Assembly: GCA_030606285.1 (NCBI GenBank)
Contig: JAUWGS010000012.1
Span: forward strand, 1 to 59,030
Origin: Planctomycetales bacterium
GTDB lineage: Bacteria; 4484-113
Length of the DNA stretch: 59,030 nucleotides
Direction of reading: 5' to 3'
Shown here piece after piece: positions 9,195 to 18,896 of this stretch; within the stretch, counting starts at the first letter, position 1, and each line of letters begins with the position of its first letter. Made by a program: the position numbers and the translations under genes. Under the pieces are notes generated by a model that did not search any database, was not told the DNA's origin, and saw nothing but the letters and a program-made list of their open reading frames with translations.

Positions 9195-10116
9195 CCTTGT
9201 AGTTGTACTGGCAATCACCGCGCTGGCCGCGCCTACAGCGGCCGTAATCGTCGTTGGCGGCGAAGTCGATCCGTTCGCGCCGGTGGATTACTTCGGAGTT
9301 GAGTTCGAGCCAGCGGAGTATTCGCGGATTGTGACGCTGGCGCCGAACCTTACCGAAATGGTCCACTTCCTGGGCGCGTTCGAGCGCGTAGTAGGCGCCA
9401 CGAACTACGACACGTACCCGCCAGAGGTTAAGGACTGCGAGCGCATCGGTGGCTTTATTGATCCTGATATTGAGCGCATAGTCGCGCTGCAGCCGGATCT
9501 CGTGCTGGCGTACCGGGGGAATCCGCTGCCGGTGATATACAAGCTCAAGGAGCTCGACGTGCCCGTGTTTGTGCTGGACAATCCGAGCACGCTGAGCGAG
9601 GTCTACACGCAGATGATGCAGCTTGGAAGGCTGCTGATGGTGAGTGAGGAGCAAGAGACCAGGATCAGGCGGTTCAAAAGCGAGCTTGACGGCGCGTTTG
9701 AACTGGGCGCAAGGCTCCCCCGCCATCCGCGAGTGATGATGCTCGCGTGCAGCCTGCAGCCGCCGTATTACGCCGCAGGGCACGGCACGTTCATTGACGA
9801 CCTGATACGCCTGGCGGGAGGCGACAACGCGTTTGGCAGCGAAGGCTTCAGCGTGGTGACGCCGGAGGAGTTCATCGTGGCGGACCCGGAATTTCTGCTC
9901 ATCCCGGAGATACCAGAAGAGGGATTCCGCGAAAAGATGCTGGAAGCGCTCCGAGCGCAGCCGTTCCTCGCTCAAACTACCGCGCTGGAAACCGGCCAGG
10001 TGCTGTTTATCGACCAGGACATTCTCTCGCGCCCCGGCCCGCGCATCACCGAAGCGCTAGCAATCCTGCAGGACGCGCTCGTCGCGGCGACCACCGAGAG
10101 CGGAAACGATGAATAG
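9172..10116 (+). CDS. btuF: Periplasmic substrate-binding protein, BtuF/FecB (class III/cluster A) family
   Basis: Signal peptide; RIVTLAPNLTEMVHFLGA...IVALQPDLVLAY pattern typical of TroA-like B12/siderophore binding proteins; overlaps btuD end. Confidence 0.75.
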   Translation: MRTLATVSLVVVLAITALAAPTAAVIVVGGEVDPFAPVDYFGVEFEPAEYSRIVTLAPNLTEMVHFLGAFERVVGATNYDTYPPEVKDCERIGGFIDPDIERIVALQPDLVLAYRGNPLPVIYKLKELDVPVFVLDNPSTLSEVYTQMMQLGRLLMVSEEQETRIRRFKSELDGAFELGARLPRHPRVMMLACSLQPPYYAAGHGTFIDDLIRLAGGDNAFGSEGFSVVTPEEFIVADPEFLLIPEIPEEGFREKMLEALRAQPFLAQTTALETGQVLFIDQDILSRPGPRITEALAILQDALVAATTESGNDE

Positions 10117-11092
10117 CGAGAGCAGACGCGCGGTGAAGATCGCACTGGCACTCATCGCCGCGCTTGCGCTCATCGTCGTGCTGTCGCTCCTCGTCGGCTC
10201 AGCGGGTTTCAAACCCGCAAGCGAGAAGTTCGGGCTCATCGTGTGGCAGCTCCGGCTGCCACGAGTGCTGCTGGCATTCGCAGTCGGCGGGATGCTTGCG
10301 GTCTCCGGCGCGTACATGCAGTGTTTATTCCGCAACGCGCTCGCCGAGCCGTACATCACGGGCGTGTCGGCCGGTTCCGGGCTGGGCGCAGTGATTGCGC
10401 TGAGCGCGCTACCGTTTTCGTGGTTCTTGGCGAACCTGACACTGCCGCTTGCTGCGTTTGCCGGCGGACTGGCGATCACGCTATTGCTGCTAATACTGCT
10501 GCGCGAGCCCGGCACCGCGCCGCTGAAGCTACTGCTTCTGGGCATCGCGCTGGGAACGCTGGCGTCGGCGATGATGGCGTTTGTGCTGCTGCGGTTTCCC
10601 GATCGGACGCTGAAAAGCGCGTTGTTCTGGCTGTTTGGCAGCCTCACCGGCGCAAGCTGGCCCCAGGTGACGATTGCGCTTGTGGTGCTGGCCACGGGGC
10701 TTGCGTGGGGAGTTTTGCGCCACCGGATGCTGGACGCTCTGCTGCTGGGCACGGAGGACGCGCACAACCTCGGCGTGAACGTCACCGCCGCATCGCGCGC
10801 GCTGCTAATCGCGGCGACGCTGCTGGCGTCGGTATCGGTTGCGTTCGCGGGCATCGTTACGTTCGTGGGACTGGTGGTGCCGCACGTCATCAGATTGCTG
10901 CTGGGCGCAAGCCACTTGCGGCTGATTGTGCTATCGGCGCTTGCAGGAATGGCGCTGATGGGAATCGTTGACCTGCTCGCGCGAACGGTCGTGGCGCCCG
11001 GTGAGATTCCGCTTTCCATCATCACTTCGCTCATAGGCGCGCCGTTCTTCATCCTGCTGCTGCTGCGCACGAGGGGGCAGACCATTGGCTAG
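10109..11092 (+). CDS. btuC: FecCD-family ABC permease (BtuC-like)
   Basis: 327 aa, about 9 TM helices, motifs LLLGxxxAxxLGVN and GxIxFVGLVVPH typical of FecCD/BtuC. Confidence 0.85.
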   Translation: MNSESRRAVKIALALIAALALIVVLSLLVGSAGFKPASEKFGLIVWQLRLPRVLLAFAVGGMLAVSGAYMQCLFRNALAEPYITGVSAGSGLGAVIALSALPFSWFLANLTLPLAAFAGGLAITLLLLILLREPGTAPLKLLLLGIALGTLASAMMAFVLLRFPDRTLKSALFWLFGSLTGASWPQVTIALVVLATGLAWGVLRHRMLDALLLGTEDAHNLGVNVTAASRALLIAATLLASVSVAFAGIVTFVGLVVPHVIRLLLGASHLRLIVLSALAGMALMGIVDLLARTVVAPGEIPLSIITSLIGAPFFILLLLRTRGQTIG

Positions 11093-12989
11093 GCTCTGGT
11101 GGTTTGCGCTGTTCCTGCTTGCGCTGAACATGGCGGCTTTTGCGCAGGAAGCTGACACCGCTTCGGAGCAGGTTACAGCTGAAGCCGCCGAGCAAAACGA
11201 ACCGGCCGACCTCGGCGTTATCGAAGTTCGGGCGGAGGCCATCACGCTTTCGGCGCGCGCGCTGCCGGGGCAGAGCGTTATTGTGCTGAACCGCGACGAA
11301 TGGAGCGCAACGGCGCGAAGCATCGCCGACGTGCTGGAACAGGCTGCGCCGCTTACGCTTGCGCGCACCGGCGGCGAGGGCAGCCTGGCCACGCTATCGC
11401 TGCGCGCTGCAGGCTCGGCGGACACGCTTATTATGCTAAACGGAGTCCCGGTGGCGCTGCCGGGCGGAACGCCGGTGGACCTGAGCCTAATTGATCTGTC
11501 ATCAGTGGAGCGCATCGAGATTGTTCCGGGCGCGGCCTCGCTATATGGCACGCGGGCACTTGGCGGCATCGTCAATATCGTGCTGCGCGGCGACACGTCT
11601 GCGGAGGCTGGCACGACGGTAAAACTCTCAGGCGGCAGTTTCGGTACGTACCGCGGCGGGCTTTCACGCGTTCGCAGCGATGCCGACCGACAGGAGGCGC
11701 TGATAGCGTCGGTTTTCTCTACGCGTGGCAATTTCGGCTTCGAGACCGTAAACGGCCTAATCCGCACGCGGCGTAACAACGACGCACAGCGGGTCAATCT
11801 GCTCTGGCAACGCCAGGACTTCTCGGCGGATTCGCTGCGCACGAGCTTTGCATCGCTGCACGCGCTCCGGCGCGGCGTGCCAGGCTTCGCCGAGTTTCCC
11901 ACCGAACACGCACGGCTCACCGAGGAGATATTCACCGCGGGAATAAGCGAATTCGAGCCTAGGCCAACGGGAAAGTGGGGGCGCGAATGGTCGGTTGCGC
12001 TTGCGCAGGGCTACACGCGATTCCGCGACGATGCGCCGTTGATGGGCGCACCAGTGCGTTCGCGCACGGCAGACGCAACGCTGCGCGGAACGCTGTTACT
12101 CGGCAAGGACGAGCGCGACGGTCGCAGCGAAGCGGCGTTTGCGCTTACAGGCAATGCGATGTCCGCAGCGGATTACGGTGATCCAAAACGCATTAGCGGG
12201 CGTGTCAACGCGCTACGCTGCTGGCGCACCGGGGATTTCGCGTTCACGCCTTCGTTTGCGCTGGACTTATGCGAGGGCGAAGGCGCTGAAGCCAGCTGGG
12301 ATTTGGGCGTTGCATGGCAGCCTTCAAAGCATCTGACTGTCAGCGCGAACGCGGGGCGCAGTTTCCGCTACCCGGAGTTCGCCGAGCTTTACTATCCGTC
12401 GCAGGGATTCGTGCGCGGAAATCCGAGCCTCGAATCCGAGCACGCTTACTATGCGAACCTGGGGCTTTCGCTGGAGGGAAACGGCGGCGAGCTTGTAGTG
12501 GCCGCGTTCCTGCGCGAGCAGCACGACACCATCAAATTCCTGCCCGTTTCGGCGCAGTGCATCCGTCCGGTAAACACCGGCGAAACGCGCGCGCGCGGGC
12601 TGGAGACGACCGGGCACCTGCGGCTGTCTGAAAACGTTACAGCGAGCGCAAGCTATGCGCTGACAGACGCGGAGTTTGCACGCTCCGGTATTGATTTTGC
12701 GCAGACGCCGCGCCACCGCTTCTACGGGGCGGTCGCGTACGACGACGGCGGATGGAGCGCGGAGGTTGCGCACTTTCGCGAGTCGGCGCAGAGCGCGGAC
12801 CTCTTCGGCAGCATTCGCGTGCCGGGCAAGGCGCTGTGGAACCTATCGCTTGCGCGGCGGTCGCGCGGTGAGCGCTGCGGTAAACTATCAGTAACGGTGC
12901 GCAACGTCTTTGACCGAAGCGCGCGGGACTTCTGGGACCTGCCGCTGCCCGGGCGCAGCGTTGAAGTCTCGTGGGAACAAACGTTTTAG
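11085..12989 (+). CDS. btuB: TonB-dependent outer-membrane receptor (BtuB-like)
   Basis: Signal peptide; plug domain motifs (IVPGAASLYGTRALGGIVNIV), C-terminal aromatic residue (...SWEQTF); translationally coupled to btuC. Confidence 0.8.
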   Translation: MARLWWFALFLLALNMAAFAQEADTASEQVTAEAAEQNEPADLGVIEVRAEAITLSARALPGQSVIVLNRDEWSATARSIADVLEQAAPLTLARTGGEGSLATLSLRAAGSADTLIMLNGVPVALPGGTPVDLSLIDLSSVERIEIVPGAASLYGTRALGGIVNIVLRGDTSAEAGTTVKLSGGSFGTYRGGLSRVRSDADRQEALIASVFSTRGNFGFETVNGLIRTRRNNDAQRVNLLWQRQDFSADSLRTSFASLHALRRGVPGFAEFPTEHARLTEEIFTAGISEFEPRPTGKWGREWSVALAQGYTRFRDDAPLMGAPVRSRTADATLRGTLLLGKDERDGRSEAAFALTGNAMSAADYGDPKRISGRVNALRCWRTGDFAFTPSFALDLCEGEGAEASWDLGVAWQPSKHLTVSANAGRSFRYPEFAELYYPSQGFVRGNPSLESEHAYYANLGLSLEGNGGELVVAAFLREQHDTIKFLPVSAQCIRPVNTGETRARGLETTGHLRLSENVTASASYALTDAEFARSGIDFAQTPRHRFYGAVAYDDGGWSAEVAHFRESAQSADLFGSIRVPGKALWNLSLARRSRGERCGKLSVTVRNVFDRSARDFWDLPLPGRSVEVSWEQTF

Positions 12990-13003
12990 AAAGGGGAAAC
13001 GAC

Positions 13004-14392
13004 ATGAGAACGAGCTTATTAATGTGGATCGCAGTTGCAGCGTTGCTGCTCGCATCGTGCGGCGGCGGGGGGGGCGGCGGCCCTACGCCTGAACCTCCCA
13101 ACGGGAACGGCAATGGCGCGACCGGCGTCGTATGGTTCTACACCTACCCCACCGGCGAGCAGTGGGTTGTCGCGCCGCCGGTGACGGCTCAACCCGCAAG
13201 CGGCGTAACGATGGCCGCCGATGGTCAGATATACACGTTTAACGCGCGCGACGATGGGAGCTTTTATTACACGTTCGCCGAGGGAGGCGTCCTCACGGTG
13301 AGCGTGAACTACACGGACGCGAGCGGCAACACGAAAAACGTCACTGCCACGCCGTTCAGCATCGAGCAGCATCTGACGCACGACTTCGTCCTGACGGGCG
13401 CAGCGCCAAACGACATGGTCTTCGCTAACGACTGTTGCTACATCGTCAACTCGATGGACAACAACATGTCCATCTACGACACCGCCGACTTCACCCGAAT
13501 CGGGGGAATGACGTTCCCCGAATGGTCGTCGCCGTCGTACATCGTCGTGGGCGCGGAGTTCGGCTTCGTCGCCTGCAACGGCAACAACACCATCTACGCG
13601 TTCGACCCGGCGGACGGCACCGAGCAGTGGTCGGTGCAGCTTGAGTCGGGCGGGCTGGCGTTTCTGGGGCCCGGCAGGCTGTGGGCGAACGAGGACTACG
13701 TGTTTGTGCCGCTGGCGAACATCTACGAGTTCGGGCAGGCGGGCGATGAAACGCTCTACAATCCGGCGCAGGTCGCGGTAATAGGCATTGAGAGCCACCT
13801 GATGGAGTTTGCGATTACGCTGTCGGGCGAAAACGCGGTGGAGATTGCGCCGGTGGGCGAAGACCTGCTGGCAATCTCCCAGGCGGGGAACGTGTCGTTT
13901 GACGAGGACTACAATCCGTTTGTAACCACAACGAGCTTCATTGACGTCTACAGTCTGGATACGATGAGGATTGTGGAGAGCGTCAGCCTCGGCGTGGTCG
14001 GCGCAGGCACGCTGCTCTACGACGAGGAGCGCAGCCGCCTGCTGGTGGGTAGCCTGGTGAACGGGCGCGCGTACGAGATAAGCACCGAAAGCTGGGCGAT
14101 TGAGCGCGGGCGCACAAATCCCATTCGCATCGGCACGGGCAAGACGTTCATCTCCGATATGGTGCTGACGGAAGACGCGCTGCTGGCTGCGAGCTTCAAC
14201 GAGGACGCAATCTTCGCGCTCGACTTGGAGGACTACGCCGTGGGCGTCTGGCCGCTACCCGCGCCGCTGTCGCTGGAGCAGGAAACGCTGTTCCTAGCGG
14301 GCCCGCAGGAGCTTTACTACGACGGCACGGCGGGCGCGCTGCTAATCCTCGAAGGCGTCGCCAACCGCATCGCGCGGTTTGATCTGCCATAG
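13004..14392 (+). CDS. Surface lipoprotein with YVTN/YncE-like beta-propeller repeats, distal gene of the riboswitch-controlled btu operon (candidate BtuG-like B12-binding protein)
   Basis: ATG at 13004 with RBS aaagggga; lipobox LLLASCGGGGGGG; repeated propeller-like blocks (IYAFDPADG..., IYEFGQAGDE..., AYEISTESW...); 14 nt after btuB stop. Confidence 0.65.
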   Translation: MRTSLLMWIAVAALLLASCGGGGGGGPTPEPPNGNGNGATGVVWFYTYPTGEQWVVAPPVTAQPASGVTMAADGQIYTFNARDDGSFYYTFAEGGVLTVSVNYTDASGNTKNVTATPFSIEQHLTHDFVLTGAAPNDMVFANDCCYIVNSMDNNMSIYDTADFTRIGGMTFPEWSSPSYIVVGAEFGFVACNGNNTIYAFDPADGTEQWSVQLESGGLAFLGPGRLWANEDYVFVPLANIYEFGQAGDETLYNPAQVAVIGIESHLMEFAITLSGENAVEIAPVGEDLLAISQAGNVSFDEDYNPFVTTTSFIDVYSLDTMRIVESVSLGVVGAGTLLYDEERSRLLVGSLVNGRAYEISTESWAIERGRTNPIRIGTGKTFISDMVLTEDALLAASFNEDAIFALDLEDYAVGVWPLPAPLSLEQETLFLAGPQELYYDGTAGALLILEGVANRIARFDLP

Positions 14393-14407
14393 GCTTGGAA
14401 GTCGAAG

Positions 14408-15442
14408 CTACCGCTCGAAGGCGCTTAGAACGGCTTCGCTCTCGACCGGCGGCTGGCCCAGCATCTCGTGTGCGCGACCCGCGACGTCTTTGGGCGTGAC
14501 GCGCAGCAGGCACTCCATTCGCGGAAGGCGGCAGCGGCCGCGGAAGCAGGGATGGCAGCGAAGCTCGTGCGCTGCGAAGGCGAACGAGCTTTCCCCCTGC
14601 GGACCGGTGCGCACGGGATCGGTGGCGCCGAAGATGCCGATGACGGGGCGTCCCTGCGCCCACGCCAGGTGCATTATGCCGGTGTCGTGGCTTATGGTGA
14701 GATCGCAGGCATGCACCAGCGCGGCGGCCTGATTAATCGTGGTGTGCCCGCAGAGGTTCGTGCAGTATTCGGGGCGCGCGGTGTGGATGCGCCGGCCGCG
14801 CTCAAGCTCGCGCCTGTCGTTCCCGCCGAGGATTATGAAGTGGAACGCGCCGCGCACGTTCATCAGGTCCATCAGCCGCGCGAAGTTCTCCTCCGGCCAC
14901 AGCTTCGTCTCCCAGAACCCGCCGATACCCAGCGCGATGTAGGCATCGGCCGGCGTCAGGCTGGACACCGTCTGCTGCGCCCATTCCTCCTCTTCCGGGC
15001 TGCTCAGCGGCAGGGGCTCGATGTTGCCCAGGGGCTCCAGGCCGGCGGCGAGCAGCGTGTTGACGCACTTGTCGAGCTGGTGCCGCCGCATGCGCCGGTC
15101 GAACGAGTAGATCTGGCGCGCCAGCAGCGTGTTGACGAGCAGCCGCGAGCGCGGGTTGGCCTGCCAGTCGAACACGACGTCGAACCGCTCGGCTGCAAGA
15201 TCCATCGCGCACCGCGCGTAGTCGCTGAAACCGCGCAGGTTGCGCTGCGGCGCGTAGTGGTGGAGCTTGGCGATGCCGGGAAGGTGGCGGACGATGTCGT
15301 CGAAGCGTGGGGAAATAAGCAGGTGGATTTCGTCCTGCGGGCGCTGCGAGATGTAGTGCGCCAGCGCCGGCAGGCACATAATGATGTCGCCGTACGCCGA
15401 GAAGCGCACGAACAGTACTTTCAGCTTTTCGTCCGGAAGCAT
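14408..15442 (-). CDS. Glycosyltransferase family 9 (LPS heptosyltransferase-like)
   Basis: 344 aa; N-terminal KVLFVRFSAYGDIIMCLPAL, C-terminal TISHDTGIMHLAWAQGRPVIGIFGATDP typical of RfaF/WaaC-type GT9. Confidence 0.8.
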   Translation of the reverse strand: MLPDEKLKVLFVRFSAYGDIIMCLPALAHYISQRPQDEIHLLISPRFDDIVRHLPGIAKLHHYAPQRNLRGFSDYARCAMDLAAERFDVVFDWQANPRSRLLVNTLLARQIYSFDRRMRRHQLDKCVNTLLAAGLEPLGNIEPLPLSSPEEEEWAQQTVSSLTPADAYIALGIGGFWETKLWPEENFARLMDLMNVRGAFHFIILGGNDRRELERGRRIHTARPEYCTNLCGHTTINQAAALVHACDLTISHDTGIMHLAWAQGRPVIGIFGATDPVRTGPQGESSFAFAAHELRCHPCFRGRCRLPRMECLLRVTPKDVAGRAHEMLGQPPVESEAVLSAFER

Positions 15443-15486
15443 ACTAATCGCCGCCCTATTCTACGACATCGGGCAGGTCACGGCAC

Positions 15487-16821
15487 TCATTTCGCCGGAA
15501 GACGCTCACGGATGAAGGCTTCCAGCTTATTCTTCGCCCGCTCCGAAAAGGCCTGATGGCGGGCGCGCTTGCCGCGTGCGCCGGCTACCGGTGGCAGCAT
15601 CGAAAGCATAAACGCGGTGGGATGGTAATTATCCGGATCGGCTTCAACCATATAGCGCAGCATTGCGCCTGTTGCCGTTTCGCGCGGAAATTCGAGCGGC
15701 GAGTCGCCCTGCGCAAGCTGCGCCGCGTTCAGGCCCGCGACAAGGCCGGTGGCGGTCGCCGCGACGTAGCCTTCCAGGCCGGTTAGCTGCCCGGCGAAAA
15801 AGACGTGTGGGTATGCGCGCAGTTGCAGCGTCGGCAGCAGGTGTCTGGGCGCGCAGATGTAGTTGTTGCGATGCATCCTGCCAAAGCGCAGGAAGCGCGC
15901 GTTCTCCAAGCCGGGAATGCGTGCGAAGACGTCTTTCTGCGACTGCTGCGTGAGCCGCGTCTGGAAGCCAACGAGCGACCACGCTTTTTGCAGCGCGTCT
16001 TCGCGGCGAAGCTGCACCGCGGCGTATAGCCCTTCGACCTTCTCGCCGTCGCGCTTCAAGCCAACCGGCCGCAGAGGGCCGAAGCGCATTGCGCCTTCGC
16101 TGCGCCGCGCAAGCTCCTCGATGGGCAGGCAGCCCTCGAACGGCACGAATTCATCGCCCTCGTGCAGCGGAGCAAGGTCGGCGCTGAGCAGCGCGCGCCT
16201 AAAAGCTATGTAGTCATCTTCGGCAAGCGGCGCGTTAAGGTAGTCGTTGCCCGCGCCTTTGCCGTAGCGGCTGGCGAAGAAAAGGCGGGACATATCGAGC
16301 GAATCGCCCGCGACGATGGGCGACGTGGCATCGTAGAAGAAAAGCGAGTCGCCGCCCAAAAGCTGCTGCAGCTCCGCAAACAGCGGCGGATGCGTGGCGG
16401 GGCCCGTGGCAAGTATCACCGGCGCGTCCGGCTCATCTAAGAAACCGTGCAGTGACTCCACCGGCTCACGGGCTATCCGCAGGCCGTCCAGTTCGTCCAG
16501 GCGGCGCTCGATTTCAGCGGAAAAGCGGTCACGATCCACTGCCAGCGCCGCGCCCGCGGGCACGCGCGTTTCATCCGCAACCTGCATCAGCAGCGAGCCG
16601 AGCCGCTTCAGCTCCGCTTTGAGCATTCCGGGGGAGCGCAGCGGGTCATCGGACTTGAACGAGTTGGAGCAGACGAGCTCGGCAAGATGCGCCGTGTGGT
16701 GAAACGGCGTGACGGCGCGCGGGCGCATCTCGTAGAGCGTCACCTCCACGCCCCGCCGCGCAAGTTGGTACGCGGCTTCACAGCCCGCAAGCCCCCCGCC
16801 GATTACCACCGCTTCCGCCAC
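15487..16821 (-). CDS. trmFO: Methylenetetrahydrofolate--tRNA-(uracil54-C5)-methyltransferase TrmFO
   Basis: 444 aa; FAD-binding VIGGGLAGCEAAYQLA, LVCSNSFKS, GQLTGLEGYVAA motifs of TrmFO/Gid. Confidence 0.85.
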   Translation of the reverse strand: MAEAVVIGGGLAGCEAAYQLARRGVEVTLYEMRPRAVTPFHHTAHLAELVCSNSFKSDDPLRSPGMLKAELKRLGSLLMQVADETRVPAGAALAVDRDRFSAEIERRLDELDGLRIAREPVESLHGFLDEPDAPVILATGPATHPPLFAELQQLLGGDSLFFYDATSPIVAGDSLDMSRLFFASRYGKGAGNDYLNAPLAEDDYIAFRRALLSADLAPLHEGDEFVPFEGCLPIEELARRSEGAMRFGPLRPVGLKRDGEKVEGLYAAVQLRREDALQKAWSLVGFQTRLTQQSQKDVFARIPGLENARFLRFGRMHRNNYICAPRHLLPTLQLRAYPHVFFAGQLTGLEGYVAATATGLVAGLNAAQLAQGDSPLEFPRETATGAMLRYMVEADPDNYHPTAFMLSMLPPVAGARGKRARHQAFSERAKNKLEAFIRERLPAK

Positions 16822-16988
16822 GGGATGATGATAGCAGAGCGGGCGTCAGGGATGGTCGTCCTTCGCTTCTCTACAACTTCTCCGCATCGCTGGGAAGCAG
16901 CGCATCAGTGCGGCCAAGTCTGGAGCTTATCGAACAGCTCCTTCATCCTGACAGCGTTTTATGCTAGCCCGATAGTAGGCTGCGGTGA

Positions 16989-17279
16989 CTACTCCGCGCT
17001 CTCCGCAGGAATGACCTTGAAGGTGCCGAACATCATTAGCACGTGGTCCTTGAGCTCAGGATCGCCCTGCACGCCCCACTCGGAAGCAGACCCCCCGATG
17101 CCGCCGTACTCTCTTTCATCCGTGCTGAAATATACAAACTCATACGAACCGGCTGAGAGGCTAGGTACGCGGAAGCGAAGCGCAGTCTCCGGAGGCCCTT
17201 CGCCGACAGGATTGCGCACGACGCAGTCGGTTGTCAGGCATTTTGGGTGAACGTGTCCCTCTCGGTCGGTCACATTCAT
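16989..17279 (-). CDS. Hypothetical protein (downstream part of the same interrupted reading frame)
   Basis: 96 aa; in frame with 17358..17654. Confidence 0.3.
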   Translation of the reverse strand: MNVTDREGHVHPKCLTTDCVVRNPVGEGPPETALRFRVPSLSAGSYEFVYFSTDEREYGGIGGSASEWGVQGDPELKDHVLMMFGTFKVIPAESAE

Positions 17280-17357
17280 ATCGAGTACGAAATCACCCAG
17301 TCCATCTACGGAGTCGTCGTTAGCCCACTTGCCCTGCCTATCGGCATACTGGTATCC

Positions 17358-17654
17358 CTAGAGGACCTTTGGCCTGAACTCAGCAGAGACCCGCACTTCT
17401 ATCACGAAGGGGTCGTCCTCAACAACTGGGTCAGGCATTCGGATTTCTTCCACATACACCCAGTACTGCGTCGGGTATCCGCCTATGGGCTCGTAGAGCT
17501 CCCGCGAATTGTCAGAGGGAAGTGTTGACGGTGGCAACGAGTACAGGGGAGGGCCACCGTAGGCTCCGCCACTGAAACTGGCACCGACAAGACCGATGAG
17601 CACAAGGAAGAGCAACGTAACGATTTGATTCCTCATGTCTACCACCAACCACAT
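17358..17654 (-). CDS. Hypothetical secreted protein (upstream part of an ORF interrupted by in-frame TAG)
   Basis: 98 aa with N-terminal hydrophobic segment; same frame as ORF 16989..17279, separated by TAG at 17358-17360. Confidence 0.35.
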   Translation of the reverse strand: MWLVVDMRNQIVTLLFLVLIGLVGASFSGGAYGGPPLYSLPPSTLPSDNSRELYEPIGGYPTQYWVYVEEIRMPDPVVEDDPFVIEVRVSAEFRPKVL

Positions 17655-17677
17655 TATAGCTGCATGATGCGCGGTGC

Positions 17678-18484
17678 TTAATCAGATTTGTAGTTCTCTT
17701 CTATTTCCACTTTCAACTGTAGCAACTCCGTATTTTCCGGATCCACTTCCAGCCCACAGGCGACGGATTCATAGGCGACTTGAGGCTTCCCCATTTCGAT
17801 GGCGATTCGGGCTAAGCGGATCCATTTTGCAGCTCCCTGCTGGCGCACTTCCTCAGAGGACGGATGTTCATCCTCGAGTGTCGGTTGATACGTCAGCATA
17901 CTATCCCACACGGTCTCGTAATGCTTATCGAACGTGTTTGGTTTAGTCATGTACTGTATGTTATGTGATCTGCCTTTTATCAAGAAGTCGATCATCAGAA
18001 ACTTCACTGTCTGGCCCTGCATGCTAAGCGAAGCGCACCTCTTGATCGCTGGCATTTTATTGAACACAATAGGCTCTATATTCATTTCCACGCCTAATTG
18101 CTGCTCGATATCTTCGATGTTTTTCATCAGTTCATCATAGTCCGCCAAGTCAATTGCTTTGACCAGGACCCGCAGATCACCTTGGCCGTCTGGTATAAGG
18201 AAGGCAACCTTGCCTCGCGGGTCATCAGGATATTCCAGTATTTCCCAATCGGCGGGTGGAATGATGGTGAAATTGCCCTTGGGGTCCGTATAAACAACAG
18301 CTTCTGGCTCCTTAGCTTGGTCCGCTGCTCCCGGAGCAGCGTTGCGTACCGCGGTGGGCGTTGTTGATGCCTGACTACTATCATCTGAATTATTATCTTC
18401 GCTGCATGACGCGCAGAGCAAAATCAGTTGGCTGCTAACGACTAAAACCATAAATCCACATTTACCTAAACCGTACATAGTCAC
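17678..18484 (-). CDS. Lipoprotein, hypothetical (low-GC islet)
   Basis: 268 aa; lipobox LILLCASCSEDNNSD; TPR-like C-terminal helices; local GC clearly lower than flanks. Confidence 0.5.
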   Translation of the reverse strand: MTMYGLGKCGFMVLVVSSQLILLCASCSEDNNSDDSSQASTTPTAVRNAAPGAADQAKEPEAVVYTDPKGNFTIIPPADWEILEYPDDPRGKVAFLIPDGQGDLRVLVKAIDLADYDELMKNIEDIEQQLGVEMNIEPIVFNKMPAIKRCASLSMQGQTVKFLMIDFLIKGRSHNIQYMTKPNTFDKHYETVWDSMLTYQPTLEDEHPSSEEVRQQGAAKWIRLARIAIEMGKPQVAYESVACGLEVDPENTELLQLKVEIEENYKSD

Positions 18485-18532
18485 TCCTTACGACCTAAGT
18501 TTAAATACATTATTCAGCAGATGTATAAATTA

Positions 18533-18760
18533 TTAAAACTTATCCCAATTAATCCCAAGCAGGTGATCGATTAATCTCGCTAGCGGGAAAAAGGCTAAAC
18601 AGCAAATAATAACCGTAGCCCATTGTATTAGGCTTTCATTTCGAATTGTGATCTGGTCGAGTATATACCATACGATACAAATAGCCCCAATTACTAGACC
18701 AAATGCGGTAATAAAAGCTATGACCCCGAAATTGTCGCTATCACCGAGATTCACCCTCAC
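18533..18760 (-). CDS. Small membrane protein, hypothetical
   Basis: 75 aa, two predicted TM helices; low-GC islet. Confidence 0.35.
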   Translation of the reverse strand: MRVNLGDSDNFGVIAFITAFGLVIGAICIVWYILDQITIRNESLIQWATVIICCLAFFPLARLIDHLLGINWDKF

Positions 18761-18896
18761 ATCGCCGACATATGTGCGTAATAGTAACGTCCTTTCAAGT
18801 AAAATTATAGCACAACAAACGCTTCGTGTAAGCGCCGGTTGAAAAGCGCGGCGGTGTAGTGGCAGTCAAAAGTGCGGTACCCAGTAACAGAACAGG

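Noticed and set aside
10057-11935. Two long minus-strand ORFs (342 and 334 aa)
   Set aside because: They are antisense to btuC and btuB and have an S/A/R-rich composition.
12971-14392. GTG start at 12971 for the lipoprotein
   Set aside because: The ATG at 13004 has a good RBS (aaagggga) and yields a canonical signal peptide and lipobox. The longer form adds 11 non-signal residues overlapping the btuB stop.
14468-15556. 362-aa plus-strand ORF
   Set aside because: It is antisense to the GT9 heptosyltransferase and has no motifs.
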